Below, one piece after another: positions 14,199 through 26,728 of a DNA stretch of 64,000 nt; position 1 is the first letter of the stretch; each line of letters starts with the position of its first letter. Where the stretch lies: positions 2,209,568-2,273,567 of the forward strand of contig OZ251234.1 in NCBI GenBank assembly GCA_965240325.2, given 5' to 3'. The notes under the pieces were generated by a model. That model saw only the letters and a list, made by a program, of their open reading frames with translations. It was not told the DNA's origin and searched no databases. A program made the translations under genes and the position numbers. Source of the DNA: Rebecca billardiae RCC1528 (Eukaryota; Protista; Haptophyta).

Positions 14199-15374
14199 AT
14201 GCTCGTGCGCCCCGAGGATGTGCGTGTGCGCGAGCAGATCGGCGAGGGCGCGTACGCGCAGGTGGTCGCGTGCACCCTCGCCGGCGCGCCTGAACGCCTC
14301 GCGCTCAAGGCCGTGCGCCTCGTCGACGCCGCCGCGCGCGACGCGCTGCGCGCCGAGCGCGAGGCGCTGCGCGCGTGCGCGGCGCCGCCGTGCGCGCACG
14401 TCGTGCGGCTGCACGCGGCGTTCGTCGACGGCGAGCTGGGCTGCCTCGTGCTCGAGCTGTGCGCGCGCGGCGACCTCCGCGCCGCCATCCGCGCCGCGCC
14501 GCGCGGCCACCTCGGCCTGCGCTGCGCGCGCACGCTGTGCGCCGAGCTGTGCGCCGCGCTCGCACACGTGCACCGCGCGCGCTGGGCGCACGGCGACGTG
14601 AAGCCGGCCAACGTGGGCCTGCGCGCGAGCGGGCACGCCGTGCTCCTCGACTTTGGCAGCGCCGCGCCGCTCGACGCGGGCGACGCCCGCCCGTGCCGCC
14701 GCCGCCACCTGCCCGGCACCGCCGCGTTCGCGCCGCCCGAGCTGTGCGCCGCTGAGAGCGCGGCCGCGCACGGCGGGCGCGCGGGCGACGTGTGGGGCGC
14801 GGGGTGCGCGCTGTACGCCATGCTGGCCGGCGCGGGTGGCGCCTCGCCCTTCGAAGGCGCGGCGCGCGCGGTGGATGGCGGTGGTGCCGACGCCGCCGAC
14901 GCCGCCGACGCCGACGCCGCCGACGGCGGCCGCGCGGCGGAGGCGCGCGTGCTCGCGCGCGCGGCGCGCGGCGCGTACGCGTGGCCTGCCGGCGCGGAGG
15001 CGCGCGTCGGCGCCGCGGCGGTCGACTGCGTGCGGCGCATGCTCGCGGTCGACCCGGCCGCGCGGCTGGGCGCGCTCGGAGGCGACCGCGAGGAGCCGAG
15101 CGCGCCGGGCCCACGCGGGGCTGGCCCGCGCGACACCCCGGCGCGGCCGGCCGCCGTTCCCGCGGCCGCGCCGCCGGCCGCCGAGCAGCGGCCGCGTCCT
15201 GGTCGGCCCGAGTCCGCTGAGCCGCACGGCGGCGCGGCGGACGGCCTCGGGCGCGGGCGCGACGACCCGGGCGCGTGGGTGGAGGCGCTGGGCGCGCACG
15301 CCTTCTTCGCACCGCTGCCCGCGCCGTTCGCGCAGCTGCACGCGCTGCGGGCGCCCGAGCTGGACGAGGCGTAG
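14199..15374 (+). CDS. Ser/Thr protein kinase (AGC/PDK1-like, divergent)
   Basis: Kinase motifs occur in canonical order: IGEGAYAQV, ALK, HGDVKPAN, DFG, GTAAFAPPE, DVWGAGC and DPAARL. Confidence 0.92.
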   Translation: MLVRPEDVRVREQIGEGAYAQVVACTLAGAPERLALKAVRLVDAAARDALRAEREALRACAAPPCAHVVRLHAAFVDGELGCLVLELCARGDLRAAIRAAPRGHLGLRCARTLCAELCAALAHVHRARWAHGDVKPANVGLRASGHAVLLDFGSAAPLDAGDARPCRRRHLPGTAAFAPPELCAAESAAAHGGRAGDVWGAGCALYAMLAGAGGASPFEGAARAVDGGGADAADAADADAADGGRAAEARVLARAARGAYAWPAGAEARVGAAAVDCVRRMLAVDPAARLGALGGDREEPSAPGPRGAGPRDTPARPAAVPAAAPPAAEQRPRPGRPESAEPHGGAADGLGRGRDDPGAWVEALGAHAFFAPLPAPFAQLHALRAPELDEA

Positions 15375-15762
15375 CGTACCGGTAGCGCAGCGGGTTGGGA
15401 ATCGGTGAATCGCCGTTGTGCGGGTAGCTTCTCCTTCTGGTCAGTGCGTCGATATTGGACTGACACCCTCATTTACCGCTATCATAAACCGCCACGTCAA
15501 TAATGGGTCGCAAGCGCCCAACAGGTTTTCGACGGGCTGGCCAATTATGGGAAAGAGAACTTGAGACGTTGAGGCCGTACGGGTACCTTGTTGAGACGTG
15601 GTCAGACTTTCGACTGACGAGCGGCGTCCGGTACCCGCACATAGACTGACGGAGAGCACCCGCGCGCGCGCCGTCGCAGAGGGTTATTCTTAGCTCGCCC
15701 TTCTTCGCACGGGGCCACAACGCGCGATGCTCGCCCCGCGCCACCGAGGGCGCGAGCGAGCC

Positions 15763-18700
15763 ATGGCGCGGGCCGCGGCGTCCGCCGCGGTGCTGATCCT
15801 TGCCGCTTGCGTGCCCGACCTGCGCTCCCTCACCTTCCCGCCGCCGCCGTCCCGCGCCTCCTGCGCGGGGACGGCTGCCGCCGGTGCGGAGGCCCTGCCC
15901 GCGCCTTTCGGCCGCGCGCTGCGTGCAGGCGGGCTGAGCGGCGCCGTGTGGCGTGTGCCGTTGGCGCTGACGGTCGCTATGGGGCCTACGCGCCAGACGC
16001 CCGCCGCGGGTGCGCTGCTCAGCCTCGCCGCGTCGGCGGTCATTGGCGCAGCGCCTGCAAGCGCGCAGACGATCAGCCCACCGCCGTTCCCGCCGCCGAG
16101 CCCGCCGCCGGGCCCGCCGCCGAGCTCACCGCCGAGCCCGCCGCCGAGCCCGCCGCCATCACCGCCACCGCCACCCCCCCCGGGCCCGCCGCCGAGCCCG
16201 CCGCCGAGCCCGCCGCCGGACCCGCCGCCGAGCTCACCGCCGAGCCCGCCGCCGAGCCCGCCGCCAAACCCGCCGCCGCCGCCGCAGCCGAGCCCGCCGC
16301 CGAGCCCGCCGCCGGACCCGCCGCCGAGCTCACCGCCGAGCCCGCCGCCGAGCCCGCCGCCAAACCCGCCGCCGCCGCCGCCGCCGAGCCCGCCGCCGAG
16401 CCCGCCGCCGGACCCGCCGCCGAGCTCACCGCCGAGCCCGCCGCCGAGCCCGCCGCCAAACCCGCCGCCGCCGCCGCAGCCGAGCCCGCCGCCAAGCCCG
16501 CCGCCGGACCCGCCGCCGAGCTCACCGCCGAGCCCGCCGCCGAGCCCGCCGCCAAACCCGCCGCCGCCGCCTCCGCCGAGCCCGCCGCCGAGCCCGCCGC
16601 CGGACCCGCCGCCGAGCTCACCGCCGAGCCCGCCGCCGAGCCCGCCGCCAAACTCGCCGCCGCCGCCGCAGCCGAGCCCACCGCCAAGCCCGCCGCCGGA
16701 CCCGCCGCCGAGCTCACCGCCGAGCCCGCCGCCGAGCCCGCCGCCAACACCGCCGCCGCCGCCGCAGCCGAGCCCGCCGCCAAGCCCGCCGCCGGACCCG
16801 CCGCCGAGCTCACCGCCGAGCCCGCCGCCGAGCCCGCCGCCAAACCCGCCGCCGCCTCCGCAGCCGAGCCCGCCGCCAAGCCCGCCGCCAAGCCCGCCGC
16901 CGAGCCCGCCGCCCAGCCCGCCGCCAAGCCCGCCGCCAAGCCCGCCGCCGAGCCCGCCGCCGAGCTCGCCGCCGAGCCCTCCGCCGGACCCGCCGCCGAA
17001 CCCACCCCCGAGCCCGCCGCCAAGCTCACCGCCGAGCCCGCCGCCGAGCCCGCCGCCGCCGCCGCCGCCCCCGCCGCCCCCGCCGCCGCCCCCGCCGCCC
17101 CCCCCGCCGCCGCCCCCGCCGCCCCCCCCGCCGCCGCCGCCGAGCCCGCCGCCGAGCCCACCACCGTCGCCACCACCACTGCCGCCACCACCGAGCCCAC
17201 CGCCGCCAAGTCCGCCGCCGCCAAGCCCACCGCCACCGAGCCCGCCGCCGCCGAGCCCGCCGCCACCGAGCCCGCCGCCGCCGAGCCCGCCGCCGCCGAG
17301 CCCGCCGCCGCCGAGCCCGCCACCGCCGGTGCCGCCGCCGCCCAGCCCGCCGCCGCCGAGCCCGCCGCCGCCGAGCCCACCGCCGCCCAGCCCGCCGCCG
17401 CCCAGCCCGCCGCCACCAGTGCCGCCGCCGCCGAGCCCGCCGCCGCCGAGCCCTCCGCCACCGAGCCCGCCGCCGCCGAGCCCGCCGCCGCCGGTCCCGC
17501 CGCCGCCGAGCCCGCCGCCGCCGAGCCCGCCGCCGCCGAGCCCACCGCCGCCGAGCCCGCCGCCGCCGGTGCCGCCGCCACCGAGCCCACCGCCGCCGGT
17601 GCCGCCGCCGCCGAGCCCGCCGCCACCGAGCCCGCCGCCGCCGAGCCCACCGCCGCCGGTGCCGCCGCCGCCGAGCCCGCCGCCGCCGGTGCCGCCGCCG
17701 CCGAGCCCGCCGCCGCCGAGCCCGCCACCGCCGGTGCCGCCGCCGCCCAGCCCGCCGCCGCCGAGCCCGCCGCCGCCGAGCCCACCGCCGCCCAGCCCGC
17801 CGCCGCCCAGCCCGCCGCCACCAGTGCCGCCGCCGCCGAGCCCGCCGCCGCCGAGCCCTCCGCCACCGAGCCCGCCGCCGCCGAGCCCGCCACCGCCGGT
17901 GCCGCCGCCGCCCAGCCCGCCGCCGCCGAGCCCGCCGCCGCCGAGCCCACCGCCGCCCAGCCCGCCGCCGCCCAGCCCGCCGCCACCAGTGCCGCCGCCG
18001 CCGAGCCCGCCGCCGCCGAGCCCTCCGCCACCGAGCCCGCCGCCGCCGAGCCCGCCGCCGCCGGTCCCGCCGCCGCCGAGCCCGCCGCCGCCGGTGCCGC
18101 CGCCGCCCAGCCCGCCGCCGCCGAGCCCGCCGCCGCCGAGCCCACCGCCGCCCAGCCCGCCGCCGCCCAGCCCGCCGCCACCAGTGCCGCCGCCGCCGAG
18201 CCCGCCGCCGCCGAGCCCTCCGCCACCGAGCCCGCCGCCGCCGAGCCCGCCGCCGCCGGTCCCGCCGCCGCCGAGCCCGCCGCCGCCGAGCCCGCCGCCG
18301 CCGGTGCCGCCGCCACCGAGCCCACCGCCGCCGGTGCCGCCGCCGCCGAGTCCGCCGCCGCCGAGCCCGCCGCCGCCAAGCCCACCGCCGCCCAGCCCGC
18401 CACCGCCCAGCCCGCCGCCGCCGAGCCCACCGCCACCATCATCGCCACCTCTGCCGCCGCCGCCAAGTCCGCCACCGCCAAGCCCTCCGCCACCCAGTCC
18501 ACCACCGCCGAGCCCGCCGCCGCCGAGCCCACCGCCACCGCTGCCGCCCCCAAGCCCGCCACCGCCGAGCCCGCCGCCGCCGAGCCCGCCGCCGCCGAGC
18601 CCACCGCCGCCGAGCCCTCCGCCGCCGAGCCCACCGCCACCGATGCCCCCACCGAGCCCGCCGCCGCCCAGTCCGCCGCCGCCAAGCCCGCCGCCGCCGA

Positions 18701-21700
18701 GCCCGCCGCCACCGAGCCCGCCGCCACCGAGCCCGCCGCCGCCCAGCCCGCCACCGCCGAGCCCGCCACCGCCGTTGCCACCGCCGAGCCCGCCGCCTCC
18801 AAGCCCGCCGCCTCCTAGCCCGCCGCCGCCCAGCCCGCCACCACCCAGCCCGCCTCCGCCCAGCCCACCACCGCCGTTGCCGCCGCCGAGCCCGCCGCCT
18901 CCGAGCCCGCCGCCGCCTAGCCCACCGCCGCCGAGCCCACCGCCACCGAGCCCGCCGCCGCCCAGCCCGCCACCGCCGTTGCCACCGCCGAGCCCGCCGC
19001 CTCCGAGCCCGCCGCCACCGAGCCCGCCACCACCGAGCCCGCCGCCGCCCAGCCCGCCACCGCCGAGCCCGCCACCGCCGTTGCCACCGCCGAGCCCGCC
19101 GCCTCCGAGCCCGCCGCCGCCGAGCCCGCCGCCACCGAGCCCGCCGCCGCCCAGCCCGCCACCGCCGAGCCCGCCACCGCCGTTGCCACCGCCGAGCCCG
19201 CCGCCTCCGAGCCCGCCGCCGCCGAGCCCGCCACCGCCGAGCCCGCCGCCGCCGAGCCCGCCGCCGCCGAGCCCACCGCCGCCGAGCCCTCCGCCGCCGA
19301 GCCCACCGCCACCGATGCCCCCACCGAGCCCGCCGCCGCCCAGTCCGCCGCCGCCAAGCCCGCCGCCGCCGAGCCCGCCGCCACCGAGCCCGCCGCCACC
19401 GAGCCCGCCGCCGCCCAGCCCGCCACCGCCGAGCCCGCCACCGCCGTTGCCACCGCCGAGCCCGCCGCCTCCAAGCCCGCCGCCTCCTAGCCCGCCGCCG
19501 CCCAGCCCGCCACCACCCAGCCCGCCTCCGCCCAGCCCACCACCGCCGTTGCCGCCGCCGAGCCCGCCGCCTCCGAGCCCGCCGCCGCCTAGCCCACCGC
19601 CGCCGAGCCCACCGCCACCGAGCCCGCCGCCGCCCAGCCCGCCACCGCCGTTGCCACCGCCGAGCCCGCCGCCTCCGAGCCCGCCGCCACCGAGCCCGCC
19701 ACCACCGAGCCCGCCGCCGCCCAGCCCGCCACCGCCGAGCCCGCCACCGCCGTTGCCACCGCCGAGCCCGCCGCCTCCGAGCCCGCCGCCGCCGAGCCCG
19801 CCGCCACCGAGCCCGCCGCCGCCCAGCCCGCCACCGCCGAGCCCGCCACCGCCGTTGCCACCGCCGAGCCCGCCGCCTCCAAGCCCGCCGCCGCCGAGCC
19901 CGCCGCCACCGAGCCCGCCGCCGCCCAGCCCGCCACCGCCGAGCCCGCCACCGCCGTTGCCACCGCCGAGCCCGCCGCCTCCGAGCCCGCCGCCACCGAG
20001 CCCGCCGCCACCGAGCCCGCCGCCGCCCAGCCCGCCACCGCCGAGCCCGCCACCGCCGTTGCCACCGCCGAGCCCGCCGCCTCCGAGCCCGCCGCCACCG
20101 AGCCCGCCGCCACCGAGCCCGCCGCCGCCCAGCCCGCCACCGCCCAGCCCGCCACCGCCGTTGCCACCGCCGAGCCCGCCGCCTCCGAGCCCGCCGCCTC
20201 CTAGCCCACCGCCGCCGAGCCCACCGCCACCGAGCCCGCCGCCGCCGAGCCCACCGCCACCGCTGCCGCCGCCCAGCCCGCCGCCGCCCAGCCCGCCTCC
20301 GCCCAGCCCGCCACCACCGAGCCCACCGCCGCCGCTGCCGCCGCCCAGCCCGCCGCCGCCCAGCCCGCCGCCACCAAGCCCGCCACCGCCGAGCCCACCG
20401 CCACCGCTGCCGCCGCCCAGCCCGCCGCCACCCAGCCCGCCGCCGCCCAGCCCGCCGCCGCCCAGCCCGCCTCCGCCCAGCCCGCCACCGCCGAGCCCAC
20501 CGCCGCCGCTGCCGCCGCCTAGCCCGCCGCCGCCCAGCCCGCCGCCACCAAGCCCGCCACCGCCGAGCCCACCGCCGCCGCTGCCGCCGCCCAGCCCGCC
20601 GCCACCCAGCCCGCCGCCGCCCAGCCCGCCGCCGCCAAGCCCACCGCCACCGCTGCCGCCGCCCAGCCCGCCGCCACCCAGCCCCCCGCCGCCCAGCCCG
20701 CCACCGCCGAGCCCGCCACCGCCGCTGCCGCCTCCGCCGCCGCCGTCGCCGCCGCCCAGCCCGCCGCCCAGCCCGCCGCCCAGCCCGCCGCCGCCGAGCC
20801 CGCCGCCGCCAAGCCCGCCGCCACCGAGCCCGCCGCCTCCCAGCCCGCCGCCACCGAGCTCGCCGCCACCGCCACCTCCGTCGCCGCCGCCGAGCCCGCC
20901 TCCGAGCGCGCCGCCGAGCCCGCCGCCCAGCCCGCCGCCGCCGAGCCCGCCGCCACCCAGCCCACCGCCGCCGAGTCCGCCGCCACCCAGCCCACCGCCG
21001 CCGAGTCCGCCGCCGCCGCCCCCGCCGTCGCCGCCGCCCAGCCCACCTCCGAGCCCGCCTCCGAGCCCGCCGCCCAGCCCACCGCCCAGCCCGCCGCCGC
21101 CCAGCCCGCCGCCACCCAGCCCACCGCCGCCGAGTCCGCCGCCACCCAGCCCACCGCCGCCGAGTCCGCCGCCGCCGCCCCCGCCGTCGCCGCCGCCCAG
21201 CCCACCTCCGAGCCCGCCGCCCAGCCCACCGCCCAGCCCGCCGCCACCCAGCCCGCCGCCACCAAGCCCGCCGCCGCCGAGCCCACCGCCACCGCTGCCG
21301 CCGCCGAGCCCGCCGCCGCCCAGCCCGCCGCCACCCAGCCCGCCACCGCCGAGCCCGCCACCGCCGCTGCCGCCTCCGCCGCCGCCGTCGCCGCCGCCCA
21401 GTCCGCCGCCCAGCCCGCCGCCCAGCCCGCCGCCGCCGAGCCCGCCGCCGCCCAGCCCGCCGCCACCGAGCCCGCCGCCTCCCAGCCCGCCGCCACCGAG
21501 CCCGCCGCCACCGCCACCTCCGTCGCCGCCGCCGAGCCCGCCTCCGAGCGCGCCGCCGAGCCCGCCGCCCAGCCCGCCGCCGCCGAGCCCGCCGCCACCC
21601 ATCCCACCGCCGCCGAGTCCGCCGCCACCCAGCCCGCCGCCGCCGAGTCCGCCGCCGCCGCCCCCGCCGTCGCCGCCGCCCAGCCCACCTCCGGGCCCAC

Positions 21701-22000
21701 CTCCGAGCCCGCCGCCCAGCCCACCGCCCAGCCCGCCGCCGCCCAGCCCGCCGCCACCCAGCCCACCGCCGCCGAGTCCGCCGCCACCCAGCCCGCCGCC
21801 GCCGAGCTCGCCGCCACCGCCTCCGCCGTCGCCGCCGCCCAGCCCACCTCCGAGCCCGCCGCCGCCGAGCCCGCCGCCACCGAGCCCTCCACCGCCCAGC
21901 CCGCCGCCGCCGAGCTCGCCGCCGCCGCCGCCGCCCTCGCCGCCGCCGAGCCCGCCGCCGAGCCCGCCGCCGAGCCCACCGCCGCCGAGCCCACCGCCGC

Positions 22001-22032
<32 letters not shown>

Positions 22033-22803
22033 AGCTCGCCGCCGCCACCACCGCCGTCCCCACCACCAAGCCCGCCGCCTTCGCCGCCGCCACCGCCGCC
22101 GCCATCCCCGCCGCCGAGTCCGCCGCCAAGCCCGCCGCCAAGCCCTCCGCCGCCGAGCCCACCGCCGCCAAGCCCACCGCCGCCGAGCCCGCCGCCGCCA
22201 AGCCCGCCGCCGCCGAGCTCGCCGCCACCGCCACCGCCGTCTCCACCGCCATCCCCGCCGCCCAGCCCGCCGCCGCCTCATCCGCCGCCGCCGCCGCCTC
22301 CCACGCCCCCACCCAGCCCGCCGCCGAGCCCGCCGCCGCCGAGCCCGCCCCCGCCGAGCCCGCCGCCGCCGAGCCCGCCGCCGCCGAGTCCGCCGCCGCC
22401 GAGCTCGCCGCCGCCACCACCGCCGTCCCCACCGCCAAGCCCGCCGCCGTCGCCGCCGCCACCGCCGCCGCCATCCCCGCCGCCGAGTCCGCCGCCACGC
22501 CCGCCGCCAAGCCCTCCGCCGCCGAGCCCACCGCCGCCGAGCCCGCCGCCGCCGAGCCCGCCGCCGCCAAGCCCGCCGCCGCCGAGCTCGCCGCCACCGC
22601 CACCGCCGTCTCCACCGCCATCCCCGCCGCCCAGCCCGCCACCGCCTCATCCGCCGCCGCCGCCGCCTCCCACGCCCCCACCCAGCCCGCCGCCGAGCCC
22701 GCCGCCGCCAAGCCCACCGCCGCCGAGCCCGCCGCCGCCGAGCCCGCCGCCGCCGAGCTCGCCGCCGCCGCCGCCACCGAGCCCGCCGCCGAGCCCGCCG
22801 CCG

Positions 22804-22836
<33 letters not shown>

Positions 22837-22974
22837 CCACCCACGCCGCCCCCCAGCCCGCCGCCGAGCCCGCCGCCGCCAAGCCCACCGCCGCCGAGCC
22901 CGCCGCCGCCGAGCCCGCCGCCGCCGAGCTCGCCGCCGCCGCCGCCACCGAGCCCGCCGCCGAGCCCGCCGCCG

Positions 22975-23006
<32 letters not shown>

Positions 23007-23145
23007 ACCTCCAACGCCGCCCCCCAGCCCGCCGCCGAGCCCGCCGCCGCCAAGCCCACCGCCGCCGAGCCCGCCGCCGCCGAGCCCGCCGCCGCCGAGC
23101 TCGCCGCCGCCGCCGCCACCGAGCCCGCCGCCGAGCCCGCCGCCG

Positions 23146-23178
<33 letters not shown>

Positions 23179-23317
23179 CCACCCACGCCGCCTCCGAGCC
23201 CGCCGCCGAGCCCGCCGCCGCCGAGGCCGCCGCCGCCGAGCCCACCGCCGCCGAGCCCGCCGCCGCCGAGCTCGCCGCCGCCGCCGCCGCCTTCGCCGCC
23301 GCCGAGCCCGCCGCCGC

Positions 23318-23349
<32 letters not shown>

Positions 23350-25377
23350 CCTCCCACGCCGCCGCCGAGCCCGCCGCCAAGCCCTCCGCCGCCGAGCCCG
23401 CCGCCGCCGAGCCCTCCGCCGCCGCGCCCGCCGCCGCCGAGCTCGCCGCCGCCGCCGCCACCATCCCCGCCACCGAGCCCGCCGCCGAGCTCGCCGCCGC
23501 CGCCGCCGCCTTCGCCGCCGCCGAGCCCGCCGCCGCGCCCGCCGCCGCCGAGCCCGCCGCCGCCCCCGCCCCCCACGCCGCCGCCGAGCCCGCCGCCGAG
23601 CCCGCCGCCGCCGAGCCCACCGCCGCCGAGCCCTCCGCCGCCGAGCCCGCCGCCGCCGAGCTCGCCGCCGCCGCCGCCACCATCCCCGCCGCCGAGCCCG
23701 CCGCCGAGCCCGCCGCCGAGCCCGCCGCCGCCGAGCTCGCCGCCGCCGCCACCTCCCACGCCGCCCCCCAGCCCGCCGCCGAGTCCACCGCCGCCTCTCC
23801 CGCCGCCGCCGAGCCCGCCGCCGCCCAGCCCGCCACCACCCAGCTCGCCGCCGCCCCCTCCGCCCTCGCCGCCGCCCAGCCCCCCGCCAAGCTTGCCGCC
23901 GCCACCGCCGCCCTCACCGCCGCCGAGCCCGCCGCCGAGCTCGCCGCCGCCACCGCCGCCCTCACCGCCGCCGAGCCCGCCGCCGAGCTCGCCGCCGCCG
24001 CGCCCGCCGCCGCCGCCACCACCGACGCCGCCGCCCAGCCCACCACCGAGCCCTCCGCCGCCCAACCCGCCGCCACCCAGCCCACCGCCGCCGAGCCCGC
24101 CGCCGCCGAGCGCGCCGCCGCCGCCGCCGCCCTCGCCGCCGCCGAGCCCGCCACCGCGCCCTCCGCCGCGCTCGCCGCCGCCGCCACCGCCCTCGCCGCC
24201 GCCCTCGCCGCCGCCCTCATCGCCGCCGAGCTTGCCGCCGCCGCCGCCGCCCTCGCCGCCGCCCAGCCCGCCGCCGAGCCCTCCGCCGCCGAGCCCGCCG
24301 CCGCCGAGTCCGCCGCCACCCAGCCCGCCGCCGCCGAGCTCGCCGCCTCCGCCGCCTCCCCCAATCCCGCCGCCTTCTCCGCCGCCATCTCCACCGCCGC
24401 CCCGCGCGCCGCCGCCCCCGCCGCCCAGCCCGCCGCCCTCTCCGCCGCCGCCCAGCCTGCCGCCGCCGCCGCCGCCCAGCCCGCCGCCCAGCCCGCCGCC
24501 CTCTCCGCCGCCGCCCAGCCCGCCGCCGCCGCCGCCGCCCAGCCCGCCGCCCAGCCCGCCGCCCTCTCCACCGCCTCCGAGCCCGCCGCCACCGAGCCCG
24601 CCGCCGCCGAGTCCGCCGCCGCCGAGCGCGCCGCCGCCGCCGCCGCCCACGCAGCCCTTGCCTCCGCCCCCGGCGCCGCCGCCGAGCCCGCCGCCGCCGA
24701 GTGCGCCGCCGCCGCCGCCACCGAGCCCGCCACCGAGCCCGCCGCCGCCGTCGCCACCGCCACCGCCGCCACCAAGCCCACCGCCGTCACCGCCACCGCC
24801 GCCGCCGCCGAGCCCGCCGCCCTCGCCGCCGCCGTACCCGCCGCCACCGCCGCCGCCGAGCCCGCCGCCGAGCCCGCCGCCGCCGCCGCCGCCGAGCCCG
24901 CCGCCCTCGCCACCGCCCCATCCGCCGCCGAGCCCGCCGCCGAGCCCGCCGCCGAGCCCACTGCCGAGCCCGCCGCCGAGCCCGCCGCCGAGCCCGCCGC
25001 CGAGCCCGCCGCCGCCGCCGCCGCCGAGCCCGCCGCCCTCGCCGCCGCCCCATCCGCCGCCGAGCCCGCCGCCGAGCCCGCCGCCGCCGCCGCCGCCGAG
25101 CCCGCCGCCCTCGCCGCCGCCCCATCCGCCGCCGAGCCCGCCGCCGAGCCCGCCGCCGAGCCCACTGCCGAGCCCGCCGCCGAGCCCGCCGCCGAGCCCG
25201 CCGCCGCCGCCGCCGCCGAGCCCGCCGCCCTCGCCACCGCCCCATCCGCCGCCGAGCCCGCCGCCGAGCCCGCCGCCGAGCCCGCCGCCGAGCCCGCCGC
25301 CGGTGCCCCCGCCGGCGCCGCCGCCCAGCCCACCGCCGGCCGCGCCGCGCCCGCCGCCGCCCGCACCGCCGCCGCAA

Positions 25378-25409
<32 letters not shown>

Positions 25410-25584
25410 CGCGCCGCCGCCCTCGCCGCCGCCGCCTGCGCCGCCACCCGCTCCGCCGCCGAGCCCGCCGCCGAGCCCGCCGCCGAGCCCGCCGCCGAGC
25501 CCGCCGCCGGTGCCCCCGCCGGCGCCGCCGCCCAGCCCACCGCCGGCCGCGCCGCGCCCGCCGCCGCCCGCACCGCCGCCGCAA

Positions 25585-25616
<32 letters not shown>

Positions 25617-26439
25617 CGCGCCGCCGCCCTCGCCGCCGCCGCCTGCGCCGCCACCCGCTCCGCCGCCGAGCCCGCCGCCGAGCCCGCCGCCGAGCCCGCC
25701 GCCGAGCCCGCCGCCGAGCCCGCCGCCGAGCCCGCCGCCGAGCCCGCCGCCGAGCCCGCCGCCGAGCCTGCCGCCCTCGCCACCGCCGCATCCGCCGCCG
25801 AGCCCGCCGCCGAGCCCGCCGCCGAGCCCGCTGCCGAGCCCGCCGCCGAGCCCGCCGCCGAGCCCGCCGCCGAGCCCGCCGCCGTCGCCGCCGCCGAGCC
25901 TGCCGCCCTCGCCACCGCCCCACCCGCCGCCGAGCCCGCCGCCGAGCCCGCCGCCGAGCCCGCCGCCGAGCCCGCCGCCGGCGCGCCCGCCGGCGCCGCC
26001 GCCCAGCCCACCGCCGGCCGCGCCGCGCCCGCCGCCGCCCGCACCGCCGCCGCAACCGCCGCCCTCGCCGCCGCCGTCGCCGCCGCCCGAGCCGCCGCCC
26101 TCGCCGCCGCCGCCTGCGCCGCCACCCGCTCCGCCGCCGAGCCCGCCGCCGAGCCCGCCGCCGAGCCCGCCGCCGAGCCCGCCGCCGCCGCCGCCCGCGC
26201 CGCCGCCCTCACCGCCGCCGTCACTGCCGCCTGCGCCGCCGCCGACCCCGCCGCCGAGCCCGCCGCCCTCGCCGCCGCCGAGCCCGCCGCCGCCGCCGCC
26301 GCCCGCGCCGCCGCCGTCGCCGCCGCCCAGCCCGCCGCCCAGCCCGCCGCCCAGCCCGCCGCCGCCCAACGACATGCCGCCGAGCCCGCCGAGCCTGCCG
26401 CCGCCGCCGCCGCCGAGCCCGCCGCCCTCGCCGCCGCCG

Positions 26440-26472
<33 letters not shown>

Positions 26473-26598
26473 CCGCCGAGCCCGCCGCCGAGCCCGCCGC
26501 CCTCGCCGCCGCCGAGCCCGCCGCCCTCGCCGCCGCCGGCGCCGCCGCCGGCGCCGCCGCCCTCGCCGCCGCCCTCGCCGCCGCCGAGCCCGCCGCCG

Positions 26599-26665
<67 letters not shown>

Positions 26666-26685
26666 CGCCGAGCCCGCCGCCGCCG

Positions 26686-26728
<43 letters not shown>

